A stretch of DNA of 61,497 nt, the filler included. It is 3 parts of 3 records of this genome, joined end to end, with 100 filler letters (N's around TTAATTAATTAA, not from the genome) between each part and the next. Parts side by side here need not be neighbours in the genome. Positions count along the whole stretch, not along the records: positions 29,957 to 54,208 come from SRR22947725_395; positions 54,309 to 61,497 come from SRR22947725_404; 1 more part is not named here. One strand, given 5' to 3'. Below are positions 51,191 to 60,680 of this stretch, one piece after another. How positions within the stretch are numbered: position 1 is the stretch's first letter; every line of letters begins with the position of its first letter. The notes below the pieces were generated by a model. That model saw nothing but the letters and a program-made list of their open reading frames with translations. It was not told the DNA's origin and did not search any database. The translations under genes and the position numbers were made by a program.

Positions 51191-52003
51191 ATGAAGAAAA
51201 TATTAATAATTGCATGTTTGATTTTTTACTCAAATATTTTTTCTCAAGACTATGACCTTGTTGAAAACATACAATACCAATATGACCAAAATGATGAATA
51301 CTTTAATGAGCGTTCTAAGTTGGATATATATTATCCTAAAAATGAAAAAAAATTTGCAACCATAGTTTTTTTTCATGGTGGTGGATTAAGGAATGGCAAT
51401 AAATATATTCCTGATTTTTTAAAAGAAAAAAATATTTCTATAGTTGCTCCGAATTACAGATTAAATCCAAAAGTAAATGCTCCAAAATATATTGAAGATG
51501 CAGCTGCTTCAATTGCATGGGTTTTTAATAATATCGAAAAGTATGGAGGAGACAAAAAATTAATTTTTATTTCTGGAAATTCTGCTGGAGGTTACTTAAC
51601 AAGTTTAATCGGTCTTGATAAAAAATATTTAAATAAACACGGAATAGATGCTAACGACATTGCAGGGTTAATTCCCTTAACAGGACACGCAATAACTCAT
51701 TTTACCGTAAGAAGTGAAATGGGTATTGACCCTTTAAAACCTGTTGTTGATGATTTAGCTCCTCTATACCACGTTAGAGCTGATGCACCACCTATTCTCT
51801 TGCTTACTGGAAATAGAGAGTTAGAACTTTTAGGAAGGTTTGAGGAAAATGCCTACTTAATGAGAATGCTAAAAATTGCTGGACACAAAGAGGTTGAACA
51901 TATGGAGTTTGACGGATATGGTCACGGAATTTCAATTCCAGCAATGCCAATTTTATTAAAAAAAGTAAATGAATTAACAGCGAAAATAAAAAGTAATCAA
52001 TAA
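51191..52003 (+). CDS. Alpha/beta hydrolase (HSL-like esterase), secreted
   Basis: HGGG oxyanion motif, GNSAGG nucleophile elbow, signal peptide. Confidence 0.88.
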   Translation: MKKILIIACLIFYSNIFSQDYDLVENIQYQYDQNDEYFNERSKLDIYYPKNEKKFATIVFFHGGGLRNGNKYIPDFLKEKNISIVAPNYRLNPKVNAPKYIEDAAASIAWVFNNIEKYGGDKKLIFISGNSAGGYLTSLIGLDKKYLNKHGIDANDIAGLIPLTGHAITHFTVRSEMGIDPLKPVVDDLAPLYHVRADAPPILLLTGNRELELLGRFEENAYLMRMLKIAGHKEVEHMEFDGYGHGISIPAMPILLKKVNELTAKIKSNQ

Positions 52004-52045
52004 AAAAGTATTAAAGTTCATCATAGACTTTTTTAATATTATTAT

Positions 52046-52996
52046 TTAATAGCTGTTAAGAAAATTTAAAATCTGATGTTCTGACCAATAAAAATCTCCT
52101 TTTGAAATAAATCCTACATGGCCGCCGTAGCGTGGAGTCATTAGATTAAAGTTTAAGTTTTTTTTTGCCTCTGTAATTGGGAAACAAGATTCTGACAAAA
52201 AAGGATCATCCAATGCATTAATTAAAAGAGTTGGTTTTGAAATATTAGTTATAAATTGCTTGCTACTTGCTTTGGAATAATAATCCTGAGCATTTTTAAA
52301 GCCATTAATTTTACTAGTAAAATACTCATCAAAATCCGTTAACTTTTTTACAAGTTTCAATGCTTGTATATCCAAATCATCAGGAAATTGCTTGTGTTTT
52401 AAATACATTTTTTTTGATAAGGTTAGTAAAAAACGCCAGTTGTAGAGTGTGTTTTCACGTCGCTGCAATGCTATCGACGACCCCTTTAGATCAACTGGAA
52501 CAGAGATAGCTACACTAGCCTTAATTTTTGAACTTAAATTAAATAAGCCGTCTCCATTATATTTTAAAATTAAGTTTCCACCTAAACTAAAGCCTACTAA
52601 ATAAACAGAATCATAATTTGGTAGTACATAATTAATAACAGTATGTAGATCGTCTGTTTTACCACTATGATATGTGATCAACTGGCGATTAATTTCCCCA
52701 CTACAAAAACGATAATTCAACGCAGCAATTGAATAACCATTTTTAGATAAAATTTTAGCAGTAGCCTGAATATATTTAGAGTCACTACTGCCTTCAAGCC
52801 CATGACATAATATTACAATTTTTTTACTTCCATTCTCAATAAAGTCAATATCTAAAAAATCATTGTCTGATGTTTCTAAACGCTTACGCTTAAACGCAAC
52901 AGGTTTAATTCTTCTAAATAATGAACTGTAAATAGTATTAAAATGTCTATTCTTAAAAAGGAATGGAGGAGTATAATCAGTTGCTATTATAGGCAT
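52046..52996 (-). CDS. YheT family alpha/beta hydrolase
   Basis: HGLEGSS, GFSLGG, NALDDPF and GGHVGF motifs. Confidence 0.9.
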   Translation of the reverse strand: MPIIATDYTPPFLFKNRHFNTIYSSLFRRIKPVAFKRKRLETSDNDFLDIDFIENGSKKIVILCHGLEGSSDSKYIQATAKILSKNGYSIAALNYRFCSGEINRQLITYHSGKTDDLHTVINYVLPNYDSVYLVGFSLGGNLILKYNGDGLFNLSSKIKASVAISVPVDLKGSSIALQRRENTLYNWRFLLTLSKKMYLKHKQFPDDLDIQALKLVKKLTDFDEYFTSKINGFKNAQDYYSKASSKQFITNISKPTLLINALDDPFLSESCFPITEAKKNLNFNLMTPRYGGHVGFISKGDFYWSEHQILNFLNSY

Positions 52997-53030
52997 TGTG
53001 TTTAGTTATAAAATTGAAAATAAGATATTC

Positions 53031-53222
53031 CTATGATTTATTACGAGTAAAGTAATTGTTCTTCCAAAGAAAAAACATTATTAAAAAAGTAGCTGTAAAA
53101 TAGTATTGAGAGGGTTCATTAAATGGGTCTAGTAAATCAGTTTGGTCACTGTAATCTGAAACGCCTAAAAGAAATAAACAAACAGCTATAATAAAAGGTA
53201 AATGTTTTAATTGTCTTTTCAT
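53031..53222 (-). CDS. Small hypothetical membrane protein
   Basis: 63-aa ORF with two hydrophobic segments. Confidence 0.5.
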   Translation of the reverse strand: MKRQLKHLPFIIAVCLFLLGVSDYSDQTDLLDPFNEPSQYYFTATFLIMFFLWKNNYFTRNKS

Positions 53223-53320
53223 AAACTACGCTTAAGTTTAAAACTTAAGATGTAAAATTAATGATGAAATAAGTAATAGAAAAGTAATTAAAGAAGAAAT
53301 AGTGCGAATTAAATTTTAGT

Positions 53321-53348
53321 TTGACCTACTTACGTGGATCAGAATTTG
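53321..53348 (+). repeat. 28-bp direct repeat, copy 1
   Basis: TTGACCTACTTACGTGGATCAGAATTTG; 25/28 identical to 54181-54208. Confidence 0.8.
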
Positions 53349-53372
53349 CATAATTAAAATAAGAAGATATGT

Positions 53373-53525
53373 CTATTTCTTAGCTTTATCTAAAATCTTT
53401 TGTAAAGTTTCAACGAGTTTTATGTTTCTTCCATTAACTTTTTTAGATTCTTTTGAAATTGTAATAGATAAATTTTTTATTATCTCTTGTCTTTTTGGTG
53501 TCATCACATTTTTTTCTTTTTTCAT
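53373..53525 (-). CDS. 50-aa basic hypothetical protein MKKEKNVMTPKRQEIIKNLS...ILDKAKK
   Basis: Translated by hand; fills the gap between the repeat and the fasciclin terminator. Confidence 0.45.
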   Translation of the reverse strand: MKKEKNVMTPKRQEIIKNLSITISKESKKVNGRNIKLVETLQKILDKAKK

Positions 53526-53551
53526 AATTGTAAATTTTAAATCTTATTGAT

Positions 53552-53578
53552 AAAAAAACCCTGCTGATTGCAGGGTTT
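53552..53578 (-). terminator. Intrinsic terminator after fasciclin
   Basis: AAACCCTGC-TGATT-GCAGGGTTT with a minus-strand U-tract. Confidence 0.75.
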
Positions 53579-53602
53579 AATTTTATTTTGTTCTGACTGA
53601 AA

Positions 53603-54103
53603 TTATTTTGGCATTACAACAGAACTTATCACGTGGATAACTCCATTTGTACCTGCAACATCAGTTGCTATAATTTGACTCATATTTCCTTGTGAATCCT
53701 CTAAAAAGATCTTTCCATCTTTACTTCTAGCAGTAATAGTTTGGCCATTTAATGCTGTAAGTTTTGCCATTCCATTACCAGAATTTAATGCATTTACAAC
53801 ATCACTTGCCATTAGTTTTCCAGAAACTACGTGGTAAGTTAAAATGTTTGTCAAAGCTATTACATTTTCAGGTTTTAAAAGATTTCCTAAAGTTTCCGAA
53901 TCTATCTTAGCAAATGCGTCATTGTTTGGAGCAAATACAGTGAATGGACCTTCTCCAGAAAGTGCACCAACTAAATCGGCTGATTTTAATGCAGTTACTA
54001 ACGTTGAGAAATCTTTGTTTGATACAGCTGCTTCAACTATTGTTTGAGAGTAAACTCCAAAAGTGAAAGATAAAGCAACAAATGATAGTATAATTTTTTT
54101 CAT
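53603..54103 (-). CDS. Fasciclin (FAS1) domain secreted protein
   Basis: FSTLVTAL, GPFTVFAPNN.AF, ILTYHVV and NGVIHVI motifs; signal peptide from ATG 54103. Confidence 0.92.
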   Translation of the reverse strand: MKKIILSFVALSFTFGVYSQTIVEAAVSNKDFSTLVTALKSADLVGALSGEGPFTVFAPNNDAFAKIDSETLGNLLKPENVIALTNILTYHVVSGKLMASDVVNALNSGNGMAKLTALNGQTITARSKDGKIFLEDSQGNMSQIIATDVAGTNGVIHVISSVVMPK

Positions 54104-54127
54104 AATGTTTATTATAATTACACACAT

Positions 54128-54143
54128 TACAATATCGATGCCA
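54128..54143 (-). promoter_or_regulatory. Sigma54-like -24/-12 promoter
   Basis: Minus strand TGGCAT-CGATA-TTGTA about 25 nt upstream of the fasciclin ATG. Confidence 0.5.
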
Positions 54144-54180
54144 GAAATATAAAAATAAGTTTATTAACAAAAATTTAATA

Positions 54181-54208
54181 TTAACCTACTTACGTGGATT
54201 AGAAGTTG
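54181..54208 (+). repeat. 28-bp direct repeat, copy 2 (at the contig end)
   Basis: TTAACCTACTTACGTGGATTAGAAGTTG. Confidence 0.8.
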
Positions 54209-54308
54209 NNNNNNNNNNNNNNNNNNNNNNNNNNNNNNNNNNNNNNNNNNNNTTAATTAATTAANNNNNNNNNNNNNNNNNNNNNNNNNNNNNNNNNNNN
54301 NNNNNNNN
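54209..54308. other. Artificial contig linker
   Basis: 44 N + TTAATTAATTAA + 44 N, identical to the first linker. Confidence 0.97.
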
Positions 54309-54389
54309 GCTTTAAAGGAAGATGTTGATCTTCATAAAATAATGGTTAGCAAAATAAAACAAGCGGTTTGGAAGAAATATAACTATTAA
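54309..54389 (+). CDS. dnaQ: C-terminal fragment, probably DNA polymerase III epsilon
   Basis: ALKEDVDLHKIMVSKIKQAVWKKYNY* resembles the DnaQ tail (E...H...W); position upstream of Tim44 fits alphaproteobacterial synteny. Confidence 0.5.
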   Translation, partial: ALKEDVDLHKIMVSKIKQAVWKKYNY

Positions 54390-54418
54390 AATTTAAAAAA
54401 GTAATTATATAACAATTA

Positions 54419-55006
54419 ATGGTTTACGGGGACTTGCAATTTTTTGATATTATAATTTTCGCTGCAATAGCGGTTTTCATTATTTATCGACTTAGAAGCG
54501 TGCTTGGAAAAAGAACGGGTTTTCAAAAAAAAACAGTTGATCAACAGTTTGTAAAAAAACAACCCGCTCAAGAAACAGAAGAAGTTAAAATACCTCAATT
54601 AAGAGAAAACGAAAAAAAACTTGAAGATGTATATAAAAAAATACCATCATTTGACCATAAGGTGTTTTTAGAAGGTGCGAAAAAGGCTTTTGAAATTATT
54701 ATTACAGCCTTCAACAAAGGGGATAAAGACACTCTTAAAAACCTTGTTTCAAAAGATGTTTATAAAGCATTTGAAACCGCAATTAATGGAGGCTCAAATA
54801 ATCCCAAATCCCAATTTTATTCTTTAGTAATTGACGGCATTGCTGATGCAAAAGTTGAAAATGGAAAAATTACCATAGGGGTAGATTTTATAAGTGAACA
54901 AATCTTAAGTGACAATGAAGAAGATATAATAAAAAACAAAGATACATGGGTTTTTGAGAAGCCAGAAAATTCAAATGGACCAGCTTGGACGCTTGTCTCA
55001 ACCTAA
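54419..55006 (+). CDS. Tim44/TimA family protein
   Basis: LRSVLGKRTG, FLEGAKKAFE.I..AF, DTWVF and W.LV motifs. Confidence 0.9.
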   Translation: MVYGDLQFFDIIIFAAIAVFIIYRLRSVLGKRTGFQKKTVDQQFVKKQPAQETEEVKIPQLRENEKKLEDVYKKIPSFDHKVFLEGAKKAFEIIITAFNKGDKDTLKNLVSKDVYKAFETAINGGSNNPKSQFYSLVIDGIADAKVENGKITIGVDFISEQILSDNEEDIIKNKDTWVFEKPENSNGPAWTLVST

Positions 55007-55012
55007 AAAAAT

Positions 55013-55444
55013 TTGGGTTATCATAATTTAAAAGAAAGAATTAAATCAAACGAGGGTTTTTCTTCTAAACCCTACAAAGATCAGCTGGGATACTTAACAA
55101 TAGGCTATGGTCACTTAATTTTACCAAATGAAAATATTTTATTAAAAAAACAAATAAACAAAAAAGAGCTTGAAGAAATATTTGAAAAAGATTTTAAGAA
55201 GGCGCTTAGTAACTTTAATAACACATTTAAACCCTTCATTTTAAACGAAAAAGAATCCGAGCTCTTAATCGAAATGATTTTTCAGCTTGGAATAAAAGGT
55301 TGTTTAAAATTTAAAAACCTTATAAAAAATATAAAAAAAGGTAACAAACACCTTGTTTGTTTCGATATGATGGATAGTCTTTGGTATAAACAAACCCCTA
55401 ATAGGGTAAAAGCTTTAATCAAAACATTTTTAAACAATGAATAA
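55013..55444 (+). CDS. T4-type lysozyme (GH24)
   Basis: E14-D23-T29 triad with T4 spacing, TIGYGHL, M.FQLG and SLWYKQTPNR; TTG start. Confidence 0.88.
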   Translation: MGYHNLKERIKSNEGFSSKPYKDQLGYLTIGYGHLILPNENILLKKQINKKELEEIFEKDFKKALSNFNNTFKPFILNEKESELLIEMIFQLGIKGCLKFKNLIKNIKKGNKHLVCFDMMDSLWYKQTPNRVKALIKTFLNNE

Positions 55445-55979
55445 CAGCGATGATGTTTTTTTAAAACAAATGAAGGGCGTAAATCCAATAAAAAAAAATA
55501 ACAGAATAAAAAAGGAAGACCCTAAAACAAACCACAAATCTAGAAAAAAAAACATAACAAAACAAAAAAAAATTATAACACCAAACGTTAGTAAGCCTAT
55601 AAAAAACAGTGAATTTTTTTTAGAAAAAATAGATTTAAAAAAAGGGATTAAAAAAGGGTCTTTTCATATAGATAAAAAAATAGACTTTCATGGCAGGTCG
55701 CTTCTTCAGTCTGAAGACTTATTTAATAATACCATAATAGAAAGTTATAATAACAGACAAAGATGTTTGTTATTTGTAACAGGAAAAGGTCTTTATAAAT
55801 TAAAAAACTATGAAGAAAGGGATAAACCAAAACTATACCATGGTATTATCAGATCTTCTTTTGTTGAGTGGGCTAGGTCAAAAAAATTTTCCAAGTATAT
55901 TCTTTCATTTGAACAAGCTTCAATAGAGCATGGTGGTGACGGAGCTTTTTATGTTTATCTTCGAAAAAACAAAAATTAA
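55437..55979 (+). CDS. Smr domain protein
   Basis: IDFHG, VTGKG and HGGDGAFYVYLRK motifs. Confidence 0.9.
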   Translation: MNNSDDVFLKQMKGVNPIKKNNRIKKEDPKTNHKSRKKNITKQKKIITPNVSKPIKNSEFFLEKIDLKKGIKKGSFHIDKKIDFHGRSLLQSEDLFNNTIIESYNNRQRCLLFVTGKGLYKLKNYEERDKPKLYHGIIRSSFVEWARSKKFSKYILSFEQASIEHGGDGAFYVYLRKNKN

Positions 55980-56647
55980 TTTTCTTCTAACTTAAAAACC
56001 CTTCCATCAAAGTGAATATTTATTTTTATTGGTAGCAAAGCCTCATCTTTTTTTTCAAAACTGATTTGTTCAAATTTACTTCTTTTATGATCGGCCCATA
56101 GATTAGAGTAGTCAGAAATATTTATTACAGTTTTATTTTCTTTTTTATCAAACGTTGCACTCATAGTGTACGTTCTTCTGCCATCAACCACTAAAGAGCT
56201 AGTTTTACCCATTATAATTTCCAGAAAAGAACTAAGTGGATCTTTCGTTTTTTTGATATTGTATACATCTATCCTTAATTTTTCTTTTTCATACGGAGTT
56301 TGATCTAATGAACTAAGCATATTGTTTTTAAAACTAAGATTCATAGTCTTTTCTGCTTTATTTGTTTTCCAAACATGATTGTAGGTGTGAGGTGTTAGTT
56401 TGTTGTTTTTAACTATACCTTTTGAAAAATAATCACCCTCAAATGTATAAATTGCAGATAAAAAACCCTTACTTTTTAACTTTATATCGTTCGAATAATT
56501 ATCGTTGTCAATTTCTAGTTTCCAAACCAACTCACCAATTTTTAACCCAGAAACTTTTATAGAAAATTTTTTGTAAAAACTCTCAGCATACACAGGGATG
56601 CTTATAAATAACAAAAGAATTAAAAAATTATTTAAAATAAATCTCAT
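55976..56647 (-). CDS. Secreted DUF3108-like protein
   Basis: Signal peptide; GLKIG, DPLS and DGRR.Y motifs. Confidence 0.6.
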   Translation of the reverse strand: MRFILNNFLILLLFISIPVYAESFYKKFSIKVSGLKIGELVWKLEIDNDNYSNDIKLKSKGFLSAIYTFEGDYFSKGIVKNNKLTPHTYNHVWKTNKAEKTMNLSFKNNMLSSLDQTPYEKEKLRIDVYNIKKTKDPLSSFLEIIMGKTSSLVVDGRRTYTMSATFDKKENKTVINISDYSNLWADHKRSKFEQISFEKKDEALLPIKINIHFDGRVFKLEEN

Positions 56648-58010
56648 ACAATTTTAGCGGCTCAGAGCTAAACGGAACATCAAACTCTTCAATTAATTTG
56701 CTTTTTTTCTTATTCGTTAAGTAAGAGATATTACTTAGGTCTCCGAGAAGAAAAAAATCATTTTTTCTATCAACATTTAATGCTGAGCTCATTTGAAAAT
56801 GATTTGTAATCGAAGTACCTGTTTCGTACGGCATTAAAACTAAATTTTCTTTGTTACGAAACTGATATGCAATGTTTGAGAAAATAATCCGATCAGATAC
56901 AACAATATCTTTTTCTTTAATTATATCAAAAAGGTTGTTAGAAAATTTCCCCACACCAGTTATTCTGTCAAAAACTTTATTATCTGATGTATTTAAAATA
57001 GAAAAAAACAACAAAAACGCAATTAGATAATTAAAAATAAAATTTATTTTTAAAAGAGAGGTATTGTTCACTAATCTAAATAAAAATATAAAAATAGAAA
57101 TTAGCGCTGGAGCAGCCCAGTTAGCATTAGCTCTTACAAGAAAACTTTCTACCAAGACAATTAAGATTATTGGTAAAGAAAATATTAATAAAAACTTATT
57201 TTCATAATCTAAGCGAAAATTTTTGATAAAAAAAATAAAAAAAATAAACAGAAAAGGTCCCACCATTAAAACCTGTGATCCGAGAAATTTTATTGGCTCA
57301 TAAAGGTTTAGCTTTAAGTTTTGTAAATTCGCATTATCAGATGTGTGAGAGAGGGTTACCCACCCATTAGTAAAGTTCCATAAAATATTAGGCAATAAAA
57401 CCACAACAAAAGACAATAAAAAAACCACAACCCCTAAAGGGTTGTTTTTAAAACTTTTTAAGCTTGTTTTGTCAAAACACAACAATAACAAAAGACTTAA
57501 AAAAAAATAAATAGCAGCATATTTAGCCAGAAATCCTAAACCCAAAACCAAGCCTAATAAAAAAAAATCTGAGGTATGGTTAATTTGTATTACTTTTAAA
57601 AGCAGCACCATTGATATTGCCCAAAATAATAAAAGCAATAAATCTGTTGATATTAAAAAAGAAGACAGACTAGCCGCAGGAATAATTAGAAAACTTAAAG
57701 CACATAACTTTGCTTTTTTCTTATCAAATGATAAGTTTAAGCAAAGCTTATAAATTGCAAAAGAAATAAAAAAATAAATAACAATAGGGAATATTTTTAA
57801 GGAAACAAAGGAGTCACCAAACAAAATGGAATAACCACCTAAAAACCATGCAAGTAAAGGGGGTTTTGAATAATATCCTAAGTCAAGAGTTTGTGACCAT
57901 AACCAGTATTGGGCTTCATCACCATAAAGACTAAATTCTGTAAAATAAATAGCTACAATTTTAAAAACTATAAGAAAAAAAACTGCGAAACTTAATATTT
58001 TATTTGTCAT
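56628..58010 (-). CDS. ArnT/RgtA-like (GT39/GT83) lipid-linked glycosyltransferase
   Basis: DEAQYW.WS..LD.GYYSKPP, ISTD, LAKY, PN..WN and ANANWAAP motifs. Confidence 0.88.
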   Translation of the reverse strand: MTNKILSFAVFFLIVFKIVAIYFTEFSLYGDEAQYWLWSQTLDLGYYSKPPLLAWFLGGYSILFGDSFVSLKIFPIVIYFFISFAIYKLCLNLSFDKKKAKLCALSFLIIPAASLSSFLISTDLLLLLFWAISMVLLLKVIQINHTSDFFLLGLVLGLGFLAKYAAIYFFLSLLLLLCFDKTSLKSFKNNPLGVVVFLLSFVVVLLPNILWNFTNGWVTLSHTSDNANLQNLKLNLYEPIKFLGSQVLMVGPFLFIFFIFFIKNFRLDYENKFLLIFSLPIILIVLVESFLVRANANWAAPALISIFIFLFRLVNNTSLLKINFIFNYLIAFLLFFSILNTSDNKVFDRITGVGKFSNNLFDIIKEKDIVVSDRIIFSNIAYQFRNKENLVLMPYETGTSITNHFQMSSALNVDRKNDFFLLGDLSNISYLTNKKKSKLIEEFDVPFSSEPLKLYEIYFK

Positions 58011-59334
58011 ATAATTTTTTATATAAAACAAAAGACATCAAGATTGTAACAGTTACAATTATTTGAGAAAAAATTATATCACTAAAAAAATGCCCCCCTG
58101 CAGCAATTCTTATAAAACCCAATAAGGATCCTAAAACTAACCCTAAATAAAGATAAACATTTTTTTTTGTTATAAAATAAAAAACAACTAGCAAGAACCC
58201 CACGGAAGAATCACCAGATACAAACGAGCAATTGGAGGCACATGCATTACTAATTTTATACCACGGGGTAAAATCTTGAAAACCATTAAAATACGAAACA
58301 TCATTAGGCCTTGCTCTACCCCACATGTTTTTTAGAACAACATTCACAACTAACAACATTGTAACCGTTCCAGAAACCCAAATATAAACAATCTCTGACA
58401 GTGAAAACTTATAACCAAAATACATTTTTTGTAATGGTAAAAATCGCAAAACCAAAGGAAGAACAAAAATATATATTAATATGAGTGGAAGTAAAATTTT
58501 TCTAAAAAGAATTGAAACAGGAGAATAACTTTGAATCAAGAACTGTTTATCTCCATAATAAAAAAGGCTGCCCATATAAAGATCTAGTGAAGGACCAAAT
58601 GTTACAAAGGCAGCTAATATAAAAAAAACAATTAACACATTTGCTAACTTTGAAACTTTCGAAATTTTTAAATTTCCCCAGTGGAGGCTTGGGTAATTAA
58701 TCTTAATAAAATAATCAAATATTTTATAAACACCAATTGCAACTATCACCCCCCCAATAACATCAGTTAAAAAATGTGCCCCAACAACAGCCCTACTTAA
58801 TGCTATTAAAAAACCAAAAAAATAAAAAAAATATCTTAAATTAGGAATTATCAATGCCATAATTATGGTAATTGCTATAATTGTGGAGGAATGGCCTGAT
58901 GGAAAAGAGTGAAAAGAAGACTCAGTAGAAAAAAAATTAAACTCAAAACTACCATCTAATAGAGAATGGTTTGGTCTAGGCCTTCCTATTAGGTGTTTAA
59001 TTATTTGGGTAACAAGACCAACTAGAAGCAAATATGAAAAACTAAAAACACTAAATGTTTTTAAATAAAAATATTTTTCTTTATCTATTATGTTTAAGGT
59101 TTTTATTAAATAAGAAGAAAAGAAGATTAGAATAAAAAATAAAAAATACCACAATGAGTCACCTAAATCAGTTATTCCAATAAAAAAATCTTTTAGATAA
59201 ACCGATCCACCGCCATAATTAAATTTTGTGAAAAGACTGTTAACCCAAAGATCAAACTTGTTAGTAAATAAAACAGATATTAGTAAAAGAATAAATATAC
59301 TAAACTCAATCTGTATTTTTTTAATCACAAACAA
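58000..59334 (-). CDS. Tandem double PAP2 phosphatase (LpxE-like + LpxF-like)
   Basis: Domain 1: K...GRPRP, PSGH, SR...GAH..D. Domain 2: K..WGRARP, SFVSGD, R...GGHF.SD. Confidence 0.8.
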   Translation of the reverse strand: MFVIKKIQIEFSIFILLLISVLFTNKFDLWVNSLFTKFNYGGGSVYLKDFFIGITDLGDSLWYFLFFILIFFSSYLIKTLNIIDKEKYFYLKTFSVFSFSYLLLVGLVTQIIKHLIGRPRPNHSLLDGSFEFNFFSTESSFHSFPSGHSSTIIAITIIMALIIPNLRYFFYFFGFLIALSRAVVGAHFLTDVIGGVIVAIGVYKIFDYFIKINYPSLHWGNLKISKVSKLANVLIVFFILAAFVTFGPSLDLYMGSLFYYGDKQFLIQSYSPVSILFRKILLPLILIYIFVLPLVLRFLPLQKMYFGYKFSLSEIVYIWVSGTVTMLLVVNVVLKNMWGRARPNDVSYFNGFQDFTPWYKISNACASNCSFVSGDSSVGFLLVVFYFITKKNVYLYLGLVLGSLLGFIRIAAGGHFFSDIIFSQIIVTVTILMSFVLYKKLYDK

Positions 59335-59366
59335 TCGTTAGGTAAGGTTGATATTAAAATCAATCT

Positions 59367-60680
59367 TTAAAGTATGAATTTAGAAAGATCCTGACTTTTT
59401 ATTAAGTCGACTAGGTTGGTTTCAACAAATTTTTTATCTATTGTTATTTTAGTTGGCCCAATATCAGAAGCATTAAAACTTACTTCTTCCAAAAGCTTTT
59501 CCATGATTGTGTGTAGTCGTCTAGCCCCTATATTTTCAACATTTTGGTTTATTTCAGTAGCTAAAGAGGCAATTGAATCAATACCATCTTCTTCAAATTC
59601 TAAATCCACCTTTTCAGTTCCAAGAAGGCCAACATATTGTTTGATAAGGCTATTTTGGGTTTCAGTAAGAATAAGTTTAAAATCATCTTTTGATAAACTT
59701 TCAAGCTCAACACGTATAGGAAGTCTCCCTTGAAGCTCAGGCAACATATCGGATGGTTTTGATAAATGAAAGGCGCCAGAAGCAATAAACAAAATATAAT
59801 CGGTTTTAACCACACCGTGTTTTGTGGATACCGCAGTTCCCTCTATAAGAGGTAATAAATCTCTTTGAACACCCTCTCTAGATACATCTGCCCCACTTCT
59901 TTCACTTCTAGAGGTTATCTTATCAATTTCGTCTATGAACACTATTCCGTTTTGTTCAACATCATCCAAAGCCCTAGAGTTAATCTTATCTTGGTCTAAC
60001 AGTTTCTCCGTTTCTTCTTGAAGAAGATAATCATGAGATTCACTAACTGTCATTTTTTTCATTTTTTTTTGTTTGCCAAAACTTTTTCCAAACATATCAC
60101 CAAGGTTAATCATCCCCATTTGTGAGCCTGGCATACCCGGTATATCCATTGTTGGTAAATTCATTGATGCATTTGCTGCAACAGGAATTTCAACCTCATT
60201 ATCGTTTAGCTCTCCACTACGAAGCTTTTGTCTAAAACTATCTCTTGTCGACTCGCTTGACGTTTTAGAGACAAGTATGTCCAAAATCTTTTCCTCTGCA
60301 TTTTTCTCTGCTTTAGCTTTTACCTCTTTGCCCATTTTTTCTTTTGTGCTGTTGATACTAATTTCTACTAAATCTCTTATAATCTGCTCAACATCTCTTC
60401 CTACATACCCTACTTCTGTAAATTTAGTTGCTTCTACTTTTACAAAAGGAGCTTCTGCTAATTTTGCAAGACGTCGTGATATTTCAGTTTTACCACAACC
60501 AGTTGGCCCAACCATTAAAATGTTTTTAGGAACTATTTCATCCCTTAGTGATGGATCTAATTGTTTTCTTCGCCATCTATTTCTTAGAGCTACTGATACA
60601 GCTCTTTTCGCATTTTTTTGGCCAATAATAAACTTATCTAATTCAGAGACTGTTTCTCTTGGGCTAAAATTAGACTCCAT
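59367..60680 (-). CDS. hslU: ATP-dependent protease ATPase subunit
   Basis: [26 protein letters not shown] and NIGARRL motifs. Confidence 0.98.
   Translation of the reverse strand: MESNFSPRETVSELDKFIIGQKNAKRAVSVALRNRWRRKQLDPSLRDEIVPKNILMVGPTGCGKTEISRRLAKLAEAPFVKVEATKFTEVGYVGRDVEQIIRDLVEISINSTKEKMGKEVKAKAEKNAEEKILDILVSKTSSESTRDSFRQKLRSGELNDNEVEIPVAANASMNLPTMDIPGMPGSQMGMINLGDMFGKSFGKQKKMKKMTVSESHDYLLQEETEKLLDQDKINSRALDDVEQNGIVFIDEIDKITSRSERSGADVSREGVQRDLLPLIEGTAVSTKHGVVKTDYILFIASGAFHLSKPSDMLPELQGRLPIRVELESLSKDDFKLILTETQNSLIKQYVGLLGTEKVDLEFEEDGIDSIASLATEINQNVENIGARRLHTIMEKLLEEVSFNASDIGPTKITIDKKFVETNLVDLIKSQDLSKFIL

Noticed and set aside
53227-53254. Imperfect palindrome TACGCTTAAGTTTAAAACTTAAGATGTA upstream of the 63-aa ORF
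   Set aside because: Single AT-rich instance; it could be an operator or terminator but there is no supporting evidence
53321-54208. CRISPR array interpretation of the 28-bp repeats
   Set aside because: Only two copies, 860 bp apart, with genes between them and no cas genes
55013-55444. Prophage interpretation of the lysozyme
   Set aside because: No integrase, structural, holin or att features; flanked by tightly coupled core genes
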